DNA from: Gordius albopunctatus | Lineage: Eukaryota | DNA length: 64,000 bases | Assembly: GCA_964276515.1 (NCBI GenBank) | Contig: OZ193909.1 | Coordinates: forward strand, 7,440,001 to 7,504,000 | Reading direction: 5' to 3' | Shown: positions 37,501 through 49,696 of the stretch, piece by piece | Numbering within the stretch: position 1 is the stretch's first letter | Layout: each line of letters opens with the position of its first letter | Translations under genes and position numbers: made by a program | Notes under the pieces: model-generated | What the model was told of the DNA's origin: nothing | What the model saw: only the letters and a program-made list of their open reading frames with translations | The model's database searches: none

Positions 37501-39222
37501 AACGGTGGTAACTATTTCTAAGACATTTGTTAAAAAATTACATTACCAGTATTGAAGTTTTCCATTTTAAATCCAAGTTGTACACATCTTAAAGCGAGCC
37601 CATAAATTGCATAGAAATAAATACCAATACGATATAATATGGAAGAAATGGTTATTAGCTTTACGAGTGCTTGCATTGCAATCCAACCATTGCTGGGACT
37701 GACTTTTGTGTTATTAATAATGTGTTGTAATTGACTTATGATAAGTATGATATATAATTTTTTGCTTAATTTAAAGCAAATTAAAAAAAGTTTTCTCAGC
37801 ACAGCGACATCTCCTTTCTGAGCGAAAATTTAAGGCATCAAATAAATCGGAAGCAATAATCACATTTTTAGTCATATCGATAAATGCTAATTTTTAAAAA
37901 CTAGGAAGCAAATCATAAATGAGTTGATCCTTAAATTTGTTTTGTTCAAAGTCATTTTAAACCTATCAATTCTTCTTACCTTAATCACCATTATTTTTAT
38001 ATTTTGAAATATAGTGAGTTTAGAGATTTATTTTAAGCCCAAATCTTAGATTTTTAGCCTTAACCTTTTAGATAGCTAAGTCATACAATGGCTAAAAGAA
38101 TATAAATAAAACCCTTATTTTAGTACTATACCAAATTTTCTTTGTGGTCAAGTCAACAGATTTATATTTAGAAATTGTGCTTTAAACAAGTTTTTATATT
38201 TAAAGAGCATTAAAATTAGTTTCTTCATTTAGACCGTCCCCTATATGAACCTCTTTGTTTGACAAACGGGTACACCTTGTAGTTAAAAAAAGTTGAAATT
38301 TATTATATACGATAATATATATATATATATATATATATATCAATTAAAATATTGATTTAAAAGTTATATTTAAATGATAAAGTCCATTGTGACAAAAATG
38401 AATGCAACGAACAAGGATTAGCCCATATACGCCTATTTTCTCGTTATACTCAATGATAAATGCACCAATCCAAAGGCGCAACCAGTGGCCCCAACACATC
38501 CCACCTCACAAATCCCTCCCACTTCTAAAACTCCTCATTCAGCTCATAAAATAAATGAAGATTTAATACTGTTTCATGACAATAACGGTTTCTAATAAGG
38601 TTCTTCACTTGAAAATTTTTCTATAAAAAACGTTAACATTTATTTTTTGAAATTCCCACCCCTCCCCCTTAGGAAAAAAGTATAGCTACAGTAGAAACGA
38701 GGCATACACCTATCAGTTAACTATAATACGACCTAAGAGTCACCACAATTCAACAAAGCTAAAATGTGATTTATAATAATTAGACCAGCAAATAGGTTTT
38801 ATGGAATTTCTAGAAATAACAGAGATGTACAAACATTGACTTGGTGAATGTATCCCGTGATCCAACAAATTTCTGATATAGTATTTTACGTAGAGCAATA
38901 TCATGTTTTTCGGCTTGCAAATTCACTTTTTTCAACCCGACCCGAAAGCATTTTAAAATTTTCAACACGAAATAATTTTCTGATAAAGAGGGGAGTAATG
39001 TTAATTTTGTTTAAAAATGAAAAAATGAAAAGTATTTTAAAAAATGACCAACAAATTAAAATAAATCATAAATATATTCTTTAGAATATAAAAACAAAGG
39101 TCGTTTTCGATTTTTATAAATCAATTAAAAATTGTATGATTAAATATAAAAATATAATGATTGTACAATGAATAAGTGTGATAAGTGTGCGTCATTTCGA
39201 GCATTGCTAAATAAAATATTAA

Positions 39223-41038
39223 TTAACTATGATAATTTTCTCCATTCTTTTTCGCTTCCATCTCTAGAGATTTTTTTGCCATGGTAATGGCACCTTCTTT
39301 AGTTTTGTTGCCACCTATAAATCCGGTCATATGGACAAACACACAATTGGGAATGCCTGAAACAGTTGATAATTCTTTGTCGCGCAGCCCTCTCCATTCC
39401 AGCGGTAAAGATAATCTAATGCCAAAATTGAATATCATTCATATAAGTCATTAAATAGAAATTTAAACCGCACCATAATTACAAAAGTTCAAAGAGTCTG
39501 TACATGATATTTTACAATAACTTTTGCGCTTATTTAGCACTTAAAGTCTATCTTATGACAGCAAGTTTACACTTTATGAAATGGCTAATATTTTCAAATA
39601 TTACTATAATATATGAGGCCTAAACCCTGACCAATAATTATCTAAATCTGAAGTGTTCAAAAAATTATAACAATTTGACATGGAAAGGCTCATTTAAGTA
39701 TTCCTATGTTTAAAGACATGTATTAACAATGTGTCAAACCTGTTTTGAAAAGAGCCTTGACCCACTGATACACATTGCACTCTCCAGTCATTAGGGCTAT
39801 CAGTTGGTAAAATAATATATTTAATCAAAGGATCTATATTTTGTTCTTTCTCAATTTCATAAACTATATCTTGCCAGGGGGCATATTGATCCAGTAAAAC
39901 AATTTCTCCACTATCACAAACCTAAAAGTATTTACATACAGTTTATTAATAAATACTCATTTTTGTTTATAAGTAAGGCAATTTCCTTTCAGAAAATATT
40001 ACATACTTGAAAACGTTTATTAATAGAAGAAATGGCAATTTCACGAGCAGGCCAAAGAGTAAATGCATAAAAATTGACCCTATCAACAAATTCATTCCCG
40101 ACTAAGGCCATGGCTTTGGCAAATTGATCCTGATTAAAAGGAATTAACTAATTTAGCATATTTAAGTTGATTCATAATAAAATTTTATGACATATTTGTG
40201 TGTAATAACAATTTTCATTAGCTATGAAAAACAAGAACACTAATAATACTGAATTAATTTTGCATATTAACAAATTTGGATATTGTAATAATAATTAACA
40301 TGCCTAACCTCAGGGTTTTTATGGTTTTCATTCCAACTTGGATTCAAGTGCCCTACCCTTGCACTGATATTTGTAGATATTTTATATCTATTGATTGCAA
40401 TTTATATATATGGTGAACTATATATAAAAAAATTATGAAATAAATAGCTATCTAACTGTTTTTGATTAATTTTAATAACTTACTTTTTAGGCTGTTTACA
40501 TTCACAAATTTCAATGCCATTATCAATTGCATCAATTTCTTGGATAAAATTGTCATAAACTTTAAAATAAATAAATTGAATCAGTTCTTCATCAACTTTT
40601 AATTTTTTTGAATTATTATCTAACTCCTCATTAAAACACAAGATAGTTTTAATAATTTGTTTGCCAAAATGTCCATAGATTAACCCGGCACTACTAAGTT
40701 TAGTGTCAAAGGGCATATATTGAAAAAGTGAATTTAAAGTGCTATTAAAAGTCCTTATAAAATGTAAAATAGCAAATAATTATGTTAATACTTTTGGTGG
40801 TGATCAAACCTCAACTTAACTGGATCATAAACTCCACCTACATCAACAACAATATCACAGGTATCCAAGATTAATTCTTTTCGTGTCCTATCAACAATTA
40901 AAACTATCATTTATATAAAAACCTAATTATAGATGCATTGGCACAATCAGGAAGAACTTTTAACAGGTAACATGCTAATGCCTCATCACAATGGAATTTT
41001 CCGTCATGGGTACCTATTTTATTTATAACCCGATCCAT
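39223..41038 (-). CDS. MYG1: MYG1 exonuclease (UPF0160, DHH-like)
   Basis: Spliced product [144 protein letters not shown]. Exons include 40923-41038 and 40792-40887. Confidence 0.95.
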
Positions 41039-41039
41039 G

Positions 41040-41215
41040 CAAAATTTAGCTCGTTTCAAATTGTTTGGGCGAATCAGATTTACCATCAACCGATTACATA
41101 ACGAAGATGATGCATAGATAATACGTATCGAGTCAAAATTTAAGGGTCCATTACATAGTAATCGTACGATCGTAATGCCGGGTCTTTCGACCAATCAAAT
41201 CGTATGTGCGCAGAG
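41040..41215. promoter_or_regulatory. CpG-rich putative promoter upstream of MYG1
   Basis: Short CpG-dense patch (TACGTATCGA, ATCGTACGATCG, GCCGG) directly upstream of the MYG1 ATG, flanked on both sides by CpG-poor DNA. Inferred from composition only. Confidence 0.35.
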
Positions 41216-42468
41216 TAATACATTTCAGATTCCTAGCTGCACACAACCATATCTATGTTAATTTTATATTATCAAGGAATAAAAACCTATACTGTTTATA
41301 GGTTTATAGGAAATTATCAATATTCAAAAATTAGAATGGGAAAGCATGGGTAGGAGTATTATAGATGGTGGATTGCACATTTTAAAGGTAAAGGCATGAG
41401 AGTTAGTATTTATTATTTTATAAATTTATATTTTGTTTAGCCTATTCAAATGCACAATCATCTACAAAAAACAGCACCCCACTTTCTTTACCTTTACAAA
41501 TTTTAGATATATATTCTATTACAAGTTACTAAATAGCAAATTTTTTATGAATATCTTTAGATGTTTTAGGAATGTAAGATCCCAAAACAGTGCCAATGAA
41601 ATCTTTACATTAAGAAGAATTCATTCAACTCTAGTAAGTTTACCCTATAAATTTTAGTCTTAACATATAAAATTCTTTTAATTTTACTATACTAATGTTG
41701 ACGTATGTCAATTTTTTGCATAATATATATTTCCATTTCTATATTGTGTTGTCTTTATAAAGGCACTCTGTCACATATCTCCCTAGACTAGTTATTTCAA
41801 ATGGTACTTTACCTTCCATTGTAAACTCATCCACTATTAAAATTGTTGATTATATATATAACATGTCGAATTATATGTATTTACAATCTCATGATACACA
41901 TTGTGATAAAATTGATATAAACATCTATTTACAAATGTTGTACATATAACTATAATGGTGCCTTAGCCTAACACAAATTTAAAAAAATTCATTTATGGTT
42001 GCAATTTAATGAAAATAATCTTGCAAGTAAAATTCAACTTGATTTCAAGCCGTTAGCTTTAAACAATAGTTTAAATCCTATATGTATAATACTGTATTCA
42101 TAAAAATATAAATCATTTTATGGGGTTTGAGACTATAATAGAATCTTTTTTTTATTTTTGGAATGTAGAAGTATTTGTAATTAAACTTATGTGCAAATTA
42201 TTAAAACCTTATGTTCTTATTCCAATTTTTATCTACTTTAATGTAAACATATTTAAGTCTATTCTTTATTATATAGAGTTATTAAGTGTAGATATTACAT
42301 ACATGTTGTTGAAGATTTACTATTATATTTAAGGTTTTAAATATTTATAATAGCTCTTGTCATAAAACTACTCTCGTATTCCTAAACTAGATTATATTTC
42401 CAATTTTTATCTACTGCCAGTCTTTATCTACTTTAAAGTAAACATATTTTAAGTCTATACTTCATGAT

Positions 42469-42900
42469 TAGAGCTATTAAAAGTTCCTTTTAAAAAGGAA
42501 CTTGTCAAGTTCCAGTTTCTTTGCCTAAAATGGAACTAATTCCAGTTCCTAGTTTCTCATTTGAAATTCCTTTTTTAAATTTTTTTAAATGTACAAACAT
42601 CTTTTATTAATTCATAAAACCAATATATTATATATTAAAATTTATAAAAATCATCAGGTAATAAATGTTTATTTGATTTTAACAAAGTATTATTTTCAAA
42701 GTTGTCATCTAAAAGACATATTAGCTTGTCTCCAAATAAAATTTTGCCCAAGCTAAATAATCTTTCCACATGGGCACTTGATGGTAATGGCGTATTATAT
42801 TTAATAAATAGTTTTTTTAAATCGGGAAAACTGTCTAAAAGACTTAAATTTTGGTTATTAGAAAGCAAAAAACTTGTTCTCGTAATGGAATTTTAAATTG
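42469..42900 (-). mobile_element. 3' end of a hAT transposon (dimerisation-domain fragment plus terminus)
   Basis: ORF 42635-42868 reads FPDLKKLFIKYNTPLPSSAHVERLFSLG..DDNFE..LLK.NK, a hAT C-terminal motif. TAGAG-type terminus with GGAACT/AGTTCC subterminal repeats at ~42469-42555. Confidence 0.8.
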
Positions 42901-42929
42901 CTGATACATATATCTTTATCTTATTCCTT

Positions 42930-43240
42930 CTATATTTCTTTAGGTGTATTTTTGATCTTTAGTTTTCCACCACATTGAGTTAGGCGACAAACAAATTATG
43001 TGTCTCCTAAAAAACTTTTTCTGTCTATATAGATAACCATTATACATGAGTAAGTCTTTTCCATCTGTGATATTACCATAATATTTTGATTATTTAAAAA
43101 AAAAAGTTTTAAAATTTATAAATATTAAAGTTTACCATTTGTAGTAAGCTTCTCATTGTATGGAACTCCTTTCCCATTACATTTTGTCTTCTTACATCTA
43201 TAATATCTTTGTTTGTTTTTTCCTACATTTGCTTTTGTAG
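42930..43240 (-). pseudogene. Degenerate FLYWCH-like zinc-finger fragments, probably transposon-derived
   Basis: The minus strand gives KQRYYRCKKTKCNGKG, then DGKDLLMYNGYLYRQKK / (frameshift) GDT*FVCRLTQCGGKLKI, resembling FLYWCH (G..L.Y.GY.Y...W.C...C.A.L). Confidence 0.45.
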
Positions 43241-44072
43241 ATAGGTAATAGAGTGCGAAGTGCCTCGGGCGATAAGTAAATTACGGAATGGTAAAATGTT
43301 ACTGGTAATGCCTCGAGTGACAATTAAATTACCGATAATTAATTTTAGCGTATATGGTCGTTTTTGTATATACGATTATCATTCTTACTATTGTGATATC
43401 CTTTCGTAACGTGTTTTAGACATTATTTCCCCGCTCTTAAAAGCTTTAACGTAGGGATATTCTTTAAAATTAAAAACATCCATTTCTACTACGTTTTTTA
43501 TATTCTATATATATGCTTTAAAATCTTTATTATGTTTACCTATTAGATCCTTGCCTAAAAAATTACGGAATTCCTGCATATAAGCCATTACAATGAATTC
43601 GATTTTATGTATTTAACGATTAGTTTGGTATTTTATTTCTAACCACTATTTGTGCTACTTTTTTAACACTGTGCTACTTTGAACCCTATCCCTACCAATA
43701 TAAACTTTTTCTTATTAAATTCAAAAAATCCACGTGAATTCAAATCTATGGACTATATGGAGCAGGTCAACGAGCCTTCTTATCTTTACGCGGCATAGCT
43801 GCATTAAATTTACACATAGAACACTGCTGAACATATATTACGATGTTTCTTTCAATTTTAAGCCACCACACATATAGTCTAGCAAACCTTCATTTTTAAA
43901 TTGCCTGTATGTCTTTCATGGAAAATGTTTAAAACATTATAAAGCAATTAAACTTTTATAACGGATTTATCATTACCGTATCCCAACCGAGAAATCACAG
44001 ATTTTATTATGTATATTACGATATACTTAAAAATTCATCATTCATCGCGATATCAGCGATAATTAAAAATAG

Positions 44073-45016
44073 CAGAGTTGTTAAACGCACTTCAAAAACC
44101 GGTGCTGCACTCGCACTCGCACATTGAGGAAAATCCGGTGAATTAAGTGTATTATGCTGATTATCTTTAAGTTTAAACATATTAGCATATTTTGGAAATC
44201 AAAAAAATTTTCATGCATGATGTGTTTACTACATTTATGCTTGATTCTTCTATTTCCATAACTCACTATCATATTAAAGTGTTATATATAAGCAATGAGA
44301 AAAGAAAAGAGTAAAAAATTGGATAAGGAGTACTATGACAACCAATACAATAATACAAAATAATAATTAAAATTAAATAACTAATGTAATATATTTAATG
44401 AAAATTAATTGTAATCTTACGATAGTAAAGATAGGTCTAAAAGTGTTTGAAATATTAAGATAGTAACGGGAGATGACAATATTCCAAAAAACGCTGAATT
44501 AAATATATTATCATTATTTGAATATTCTATTGTAATTCTTTAATCAAATTACTTGTCTGTATTTTTAAACTTCTAATCTTATTAAACTTCAACTTCAATC
44601 GTTTTAGTGTTTTTCTATAGTTTATTTATTAAGCGACGAGTTCAAAAGTGTAAAGATTAATCGTTGATTGATAAAGTAAATACGTGAATAATGTGAAATA
44701 TCGCGGTTAGATTATTTTTATTGTCTATCGATAGTAACCAATTTCCTGCCTTGTTATCTTCTCCACCGGGAACATAGATGTATGTTATATATAGTAAATC
44801 TGTAGAAATTTAATTTGTGAAATATGCGATATAATACAATTTCGAATAAATTAATAAATTGTAAAACTCTTATTGTGCGCAAAACAGGAGCGCAATTGCG
44901 CACTCGCACCGACTTAATCAGGTGCGCGCACCCGCACTCGCTCTTCGTTATAAAAAAGTGCGCGCACCAGCACGTCGCACGCGCGCTCTTGAAGTGCGCG
45001 CACCTTAACAACTCTG
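44073..45016. mobile_element. hAT-type MITE (944 bp)
   Basis: TIR CAGAGTTGTTAA / TTAACAACTCTG; perfect 8-bp TSD AAAAATAG; subterminal GCGCAC repeats. Confidence 0.9.
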
Positions 45017-45168
45017 AAAAATAGCTAGAAACGCTAGGTAATAAAATATGCTACGTAAACCATAAAATATCTTACAACGCAAAGGGGAGGAGGAGGGGAA
45101 TCTAGGCTCATTCATGACATCTTTTTAAAAAGTCCGTCCGCCTCTTCATCAACACCCACCGAAAGAAC

Positions 45169-46720
45169 ATCTTGTATGTATGTATGTATGTATGTATGTA
45201 TGTATGTATGTATGTATGTATGTATGTATGTATGTATGTATGTATGTATGTATGTATGTATGTATGTATGTATGTATGTATGTATGTATGTATGTATGTA
45301 TGTATGTATGTATGTATGTATGTATGTATGTATGTATGTATGTATGTATGTATGTATGTATGTATGTATGTATGTATGTATGTATGTATGTATGTATGTA
45401 TGTATGTATGTATGTATGTATGTATGTATGTATGTATGTATGTATGTATGTATGTATGTATGTATGTATGTATGTATGTATGTATGTATGTATGTATGTA
45501 TGTATGTATGTATGTTATGTATGTATGTATGTATGTTATGTATGTATGTATGTATGTATGTATGTATGTATGTATGTATGTATGTATGTATGTATGTATG
45601 TATGTATGTATGTATGTATGTATGTATGTATGTATGTATGTATGTATGTATGTGTGTATGTATGTATGTAAGGGCTAAATTCTGAAACTACCGGCACGAT
45701 TCGCGCGAAAATTTTACCGTACATGCCCAGGGCGGCCAGGGGTAAAATAGCTTTTTCAGAATCCTAAAATACTTTTTCGTTTTCAAAATATCGCACATTT
45801 CCCGGCCAGTTTAATTTATAGCAGCCTATACAATAATGACGTCATATATACAAGGCTGAAGTTTTCTCCAATTAAATATTTAAAAGTATAATAAAAATAT
45901 TACAGTATACGGTCAAAATAATTTGGGGTTTAATCAACTATTTAAATTAAATAAATAAAATTTAAATTAATAGCTTTTGCAGAATCCTAAAATTCCTTTT
46001 AGTTTTAAAAAGGGATAAATTCTGAAACTACCGGGCCAATTGGCACGCAACTTTAGCCGTAGGTTCCCAGGGCGGCCAGGGGTAAAATAGCTTTTTTAGA
46101 TTCCTAAAATACCTTTTAGTTTTAAAAATACCGGACATTTCCCGGCCAGTTTCATTTATAGCATCCTATACAATAATGACGTCATACATGCAAGGCTGAA
46201 GTTTCCTCGCATTAGATATTTGTAAGTATTATAAAGATATTTATTGGGGTATAATCAAATATTTAAATTAGATAAATAATATTTAAATTATTATCACGTG
46301 GTCGATCATAGAAGCATATTTTTAATAATTATCCATCCTTCAATTAATTATTTTATTATATTAAAGAAAATTGTATTTCAAATAAATCAGCTAACTAGAA
46401 AAATAAAATAATATTATTATTGTATAATAAGTAACAGCAGTAATCAGTAATTTTTTCAAAAACATTTAATTTTAGTCGAATTTGATGACTAAAATAGAAT
46501 TCGCATTTGGTTTGTCTTATTATATATATACTAAAAATAGTGGGTTCATAAAATCCATGACGGGATGAAATTCGTGCTCTAAATAAATATTATGGATATT
46601 TTATTTATTTGAATTATTATTTCATATATGACACCATTTTAGATAAGTTTTATTAATAGGTTACACTTATTTAACCACTTATGAACTGAGCCAAAGCAAC
46701 TCTTGGCCGGGCACAGCTAG
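45169..46720 (+). mobile_element. Non-autonomous Helitron, same family as 19119-19816, with expanded microsatellite and internal duplication
   Basis: TATGTAAGGGCTAAATT.TGAAACTACCGG body, duplicated internal block, 3' hairpin plus GCCGGGCACAGCTAG|T. Confidence 0.85.
45173..45670 (+). repeat. (TATG)n microsatellite, ~500 bp
   Basis: Near-perfect tetranucleotide array with two 1-nt deletions and one TGTG unit; it sits at the 5' end of a Helitron copy. Confidence 0.99.
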
Positions 46721-49696
46721 TATTTTATAAAATAGCTCTCTTTTTTGTATTTAAATTTATAGACTCTGAAGATGACCTAGTTATGATTTATGCGGTTTGG
46801 ATTAAGATTTTGTCTTATTATCATACTTTTGTGAATCTTTATTTCGCCACTTTGTTCCTGAGTTTACTATGAATATTATCGAATCTAGAATAAATATTTA
46901 GTAGGTCGCATCAGGGCGGCAGCGAATATATTCTAACCTCTAGTCCGCTAATTGCTTAATTAGCGCACATCTCTTCGCACCAGATTCTGGTAATTGAGAC
47001 TAGTTGATAAAACCGTTAAAAAATAATCAATAAATAAATAAATATTGGACATTAAAATATAGTGACTTAATAGCAATTTTTTAGATCAAATAAGGATCTT
47101 CACTTTTTAGTACGATCAAACGTTTAAGCAAGATCATTGTTTTGCAAAAATAGACATAAGGATTATTAAAGATGATAATCAATTTAAATCAAATAGTATC
47201 TAGATGTTTTGAGCACCGATATAAGTAAAAGTTAGATAACTTTGAGACATAGTGACATAGCATTTAATGATATATCATGTATAATAAACTAAAAGGGAAA
47301 TTATACCGGTAAATTTGAAAATTCATCGTGCCATCTCTAATCATTAAAACATTCCTTAGATTCTATGTTAAATTTTATTAATAGAAAATGATTAGTTAGA
47401 TTTAAATTACACCTACCTTATAAACAAAATTTCTAATATTAATTTAAAAGTTTAAACAATTATCATTCTAAATAAAGCGCACAATTTTAATTTCATACTA
47501 TCTAGTAGCACTGAAAGCAAATTTTTGTATTCACTAGAATTATAAACAATTAGTTCCCAAACCATTGCTTAAATAAAAGTTATCACTATTGAGATAAATT
47601 AACTCCTGGACAAATAGCGATGCCTTGTGCGCATTATCAACGTCAGCTAAGTCATAGCTATTAAAATCTATTAGAGGCAAAATGACATTTTATGAAATTA
47701 TAATATTTAAACATTAAGCCATATTTTTATAAAATTAATATATAGTTATTGAAACCAATTAACTAATTGATTTATATATTGTAGAGCTGTAATAAATAAA
47801 TTTAGTCGGTAATCATTTTAAATCAAAATTTTCCAAATTAAGCATAAAATTAGACAATTTAATAAAAAAATTTATAACTTTCAGGAAAAATTTGATTCTC
47901 AACCTTCACTTTAGTAAGCAATATGTTTATTTTCCTATTCCTATCATTCTTTCAGATATTTATATCTTGAAATATGCACAAGTCGCTCTTAAAATTGTAT
48001 CAACTTAATTTTCATTTAATTACAATTATTTATGTCTTTATTTAATTACAAATATATAGATAAAATCAGTTTTTTAAAGAGTAATTTATCATTTAAATTC
48101 TACAGTTTTATAAAAATTTAATTAATCATTTAGGATAGGCATCATTTTAATTAATTTGTGGATATTTAGGAATAGCGTTATGTTTACTATCCTTGTTTTT
48201 CAATTAATAAAAAGTTCTTAAAATTATGTTTAATATAGAGCCGAAATTAACAGTAGCCTTGAATATCTATATGTATTGATCAAGCGTGCCAAATTTACTG
48301 GTATATATTGTAACACAAATTTTGGAATTAACCAAATCCTAATTTCAATCAAAAATCATGCAAAATCTAGATAACGCGCGATCAAAGCTAAATCCAAAAT
48401 TTAACCTTTAATAAACTTAAACACGACCCAGAAACAAATAAATTAATAAAATTTTTGATTGTAAACTCGTCTCTGAACAAAGATTTATTTACACTACATG
48501 GGGCGTACACATGATTTCATTTGGTGAGGAGGGAGGGTTTAGATGTTTTATTTATATTTATATGCTATCCATAATGTAACATCGTTGTGAGTTTGTCCAG
48601 CCAAATTTAGACTGTCTTACATTCTAATGACGCTAATGTAAAGAAGTCACTGATGAGAATCTAAATATATAAAATCGTTTTTCTAAAATTTTAAAATACA
48701 AACACAACGTAAAGTTTCACTTCGTGATCGTGCATTTCTTCTAAATATCATCAAAACCATATTATCTCCATAATAATTGCCCATGTTTAAAACTAACATG
48801 AATTTCTTATTATAAGAAATTATTTTTCAATTATTTCACCATTGCAACTTGACAGCATTTAATGCTTGTGATAGGTGGAGGTTCGTGCTAAGATTGTTAC
48901 TAACAACTCCTAATTAATCGAATGAAAATTCCCGCCAATTGCTTTTCATTCGGTTGAGCTCTGTTCAAGCTTGGTGTTCTGTTTTGCCCGTTTAAAAAAA
49001 TGATGTATTTAAGTCAATGTAATTTTTAAACAGATTTTTAATTAAAAATCTGAATTTATCTACTAGTACAATAAAATTATCAGTGGTTGCAAACTAAAAT
49101 TATCTTGTAACGATTAATTCTTCTTTAAATTTTTAATTTAATATTAAAATTCTTTTTTTTCTATTTAAAATAATTGGGCTTCTTGAATTATTTAGTAATA
49201 TTATTTTTAATGTATTGTGTATTTAAAAAAATTGTATAAACTGTATAGTTTTAAAACTTATAGTGATAGCCAAAAATGGTAAGGGAAAAAGCCATATTAT
49301 ATATTTTTCGAACATGATGTTTATATATATTACTAAAGAAATTAAAGGATCAAACATGTTGAAATAACAAATGACATTATAATTTTGTTATGGTTTGAGT
49401 TGATTAGTTACGGTTTGTTTATTTTCTATTCTTTTGTTTTTAATTTAATGATTGAATTTTATGCTTTATTAATTTATCGACATGAAAGTGTAAAACGCCG
49501 TAATCTTTTACCGAACTTCAACGCAATGTTGTCCTTAAAATGCTTTTTTTACAAAATATAATCTAGGTCATTCAAATAATATTTAACTGCACCATAAATT
49601 TTTAACAATTTATTGAATTTATAAGTAGGATTTACAAAAAAAAACTATAGATAATTTTTTTGCATTTTAGAATTTCATTTTATCTAAAACCTCCTA

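Noticed and set aside
40907..41194. Extended MYG1 N-terminus from the TTG-initiated ORF at 41194
   Set aside because: Non-ATG start; homology begins at ATG 41038. An upstream in-frame ATG near 41086, which could add a short targeting peptide, cannot be excluded.
44754..45024. Cys/His-rich CAH-repeat ORFs on both strands
   Set aside because: Produced by GCGCAC subterminal repeats of the 44073-45016 MITE.
45062..45172. Possible LINE 3' end (HLFKKSVRLFI) with the (TATG)n array as its tail
   Set aside because: Too short to support; the array is better explained by the Helitron's own microsatellite.
45172..45724. Long MYVC-repeat and YIHT-repeat ORFs
   Set aside because: Translation artefacts of the stop-free (TATG)n microsatellite.
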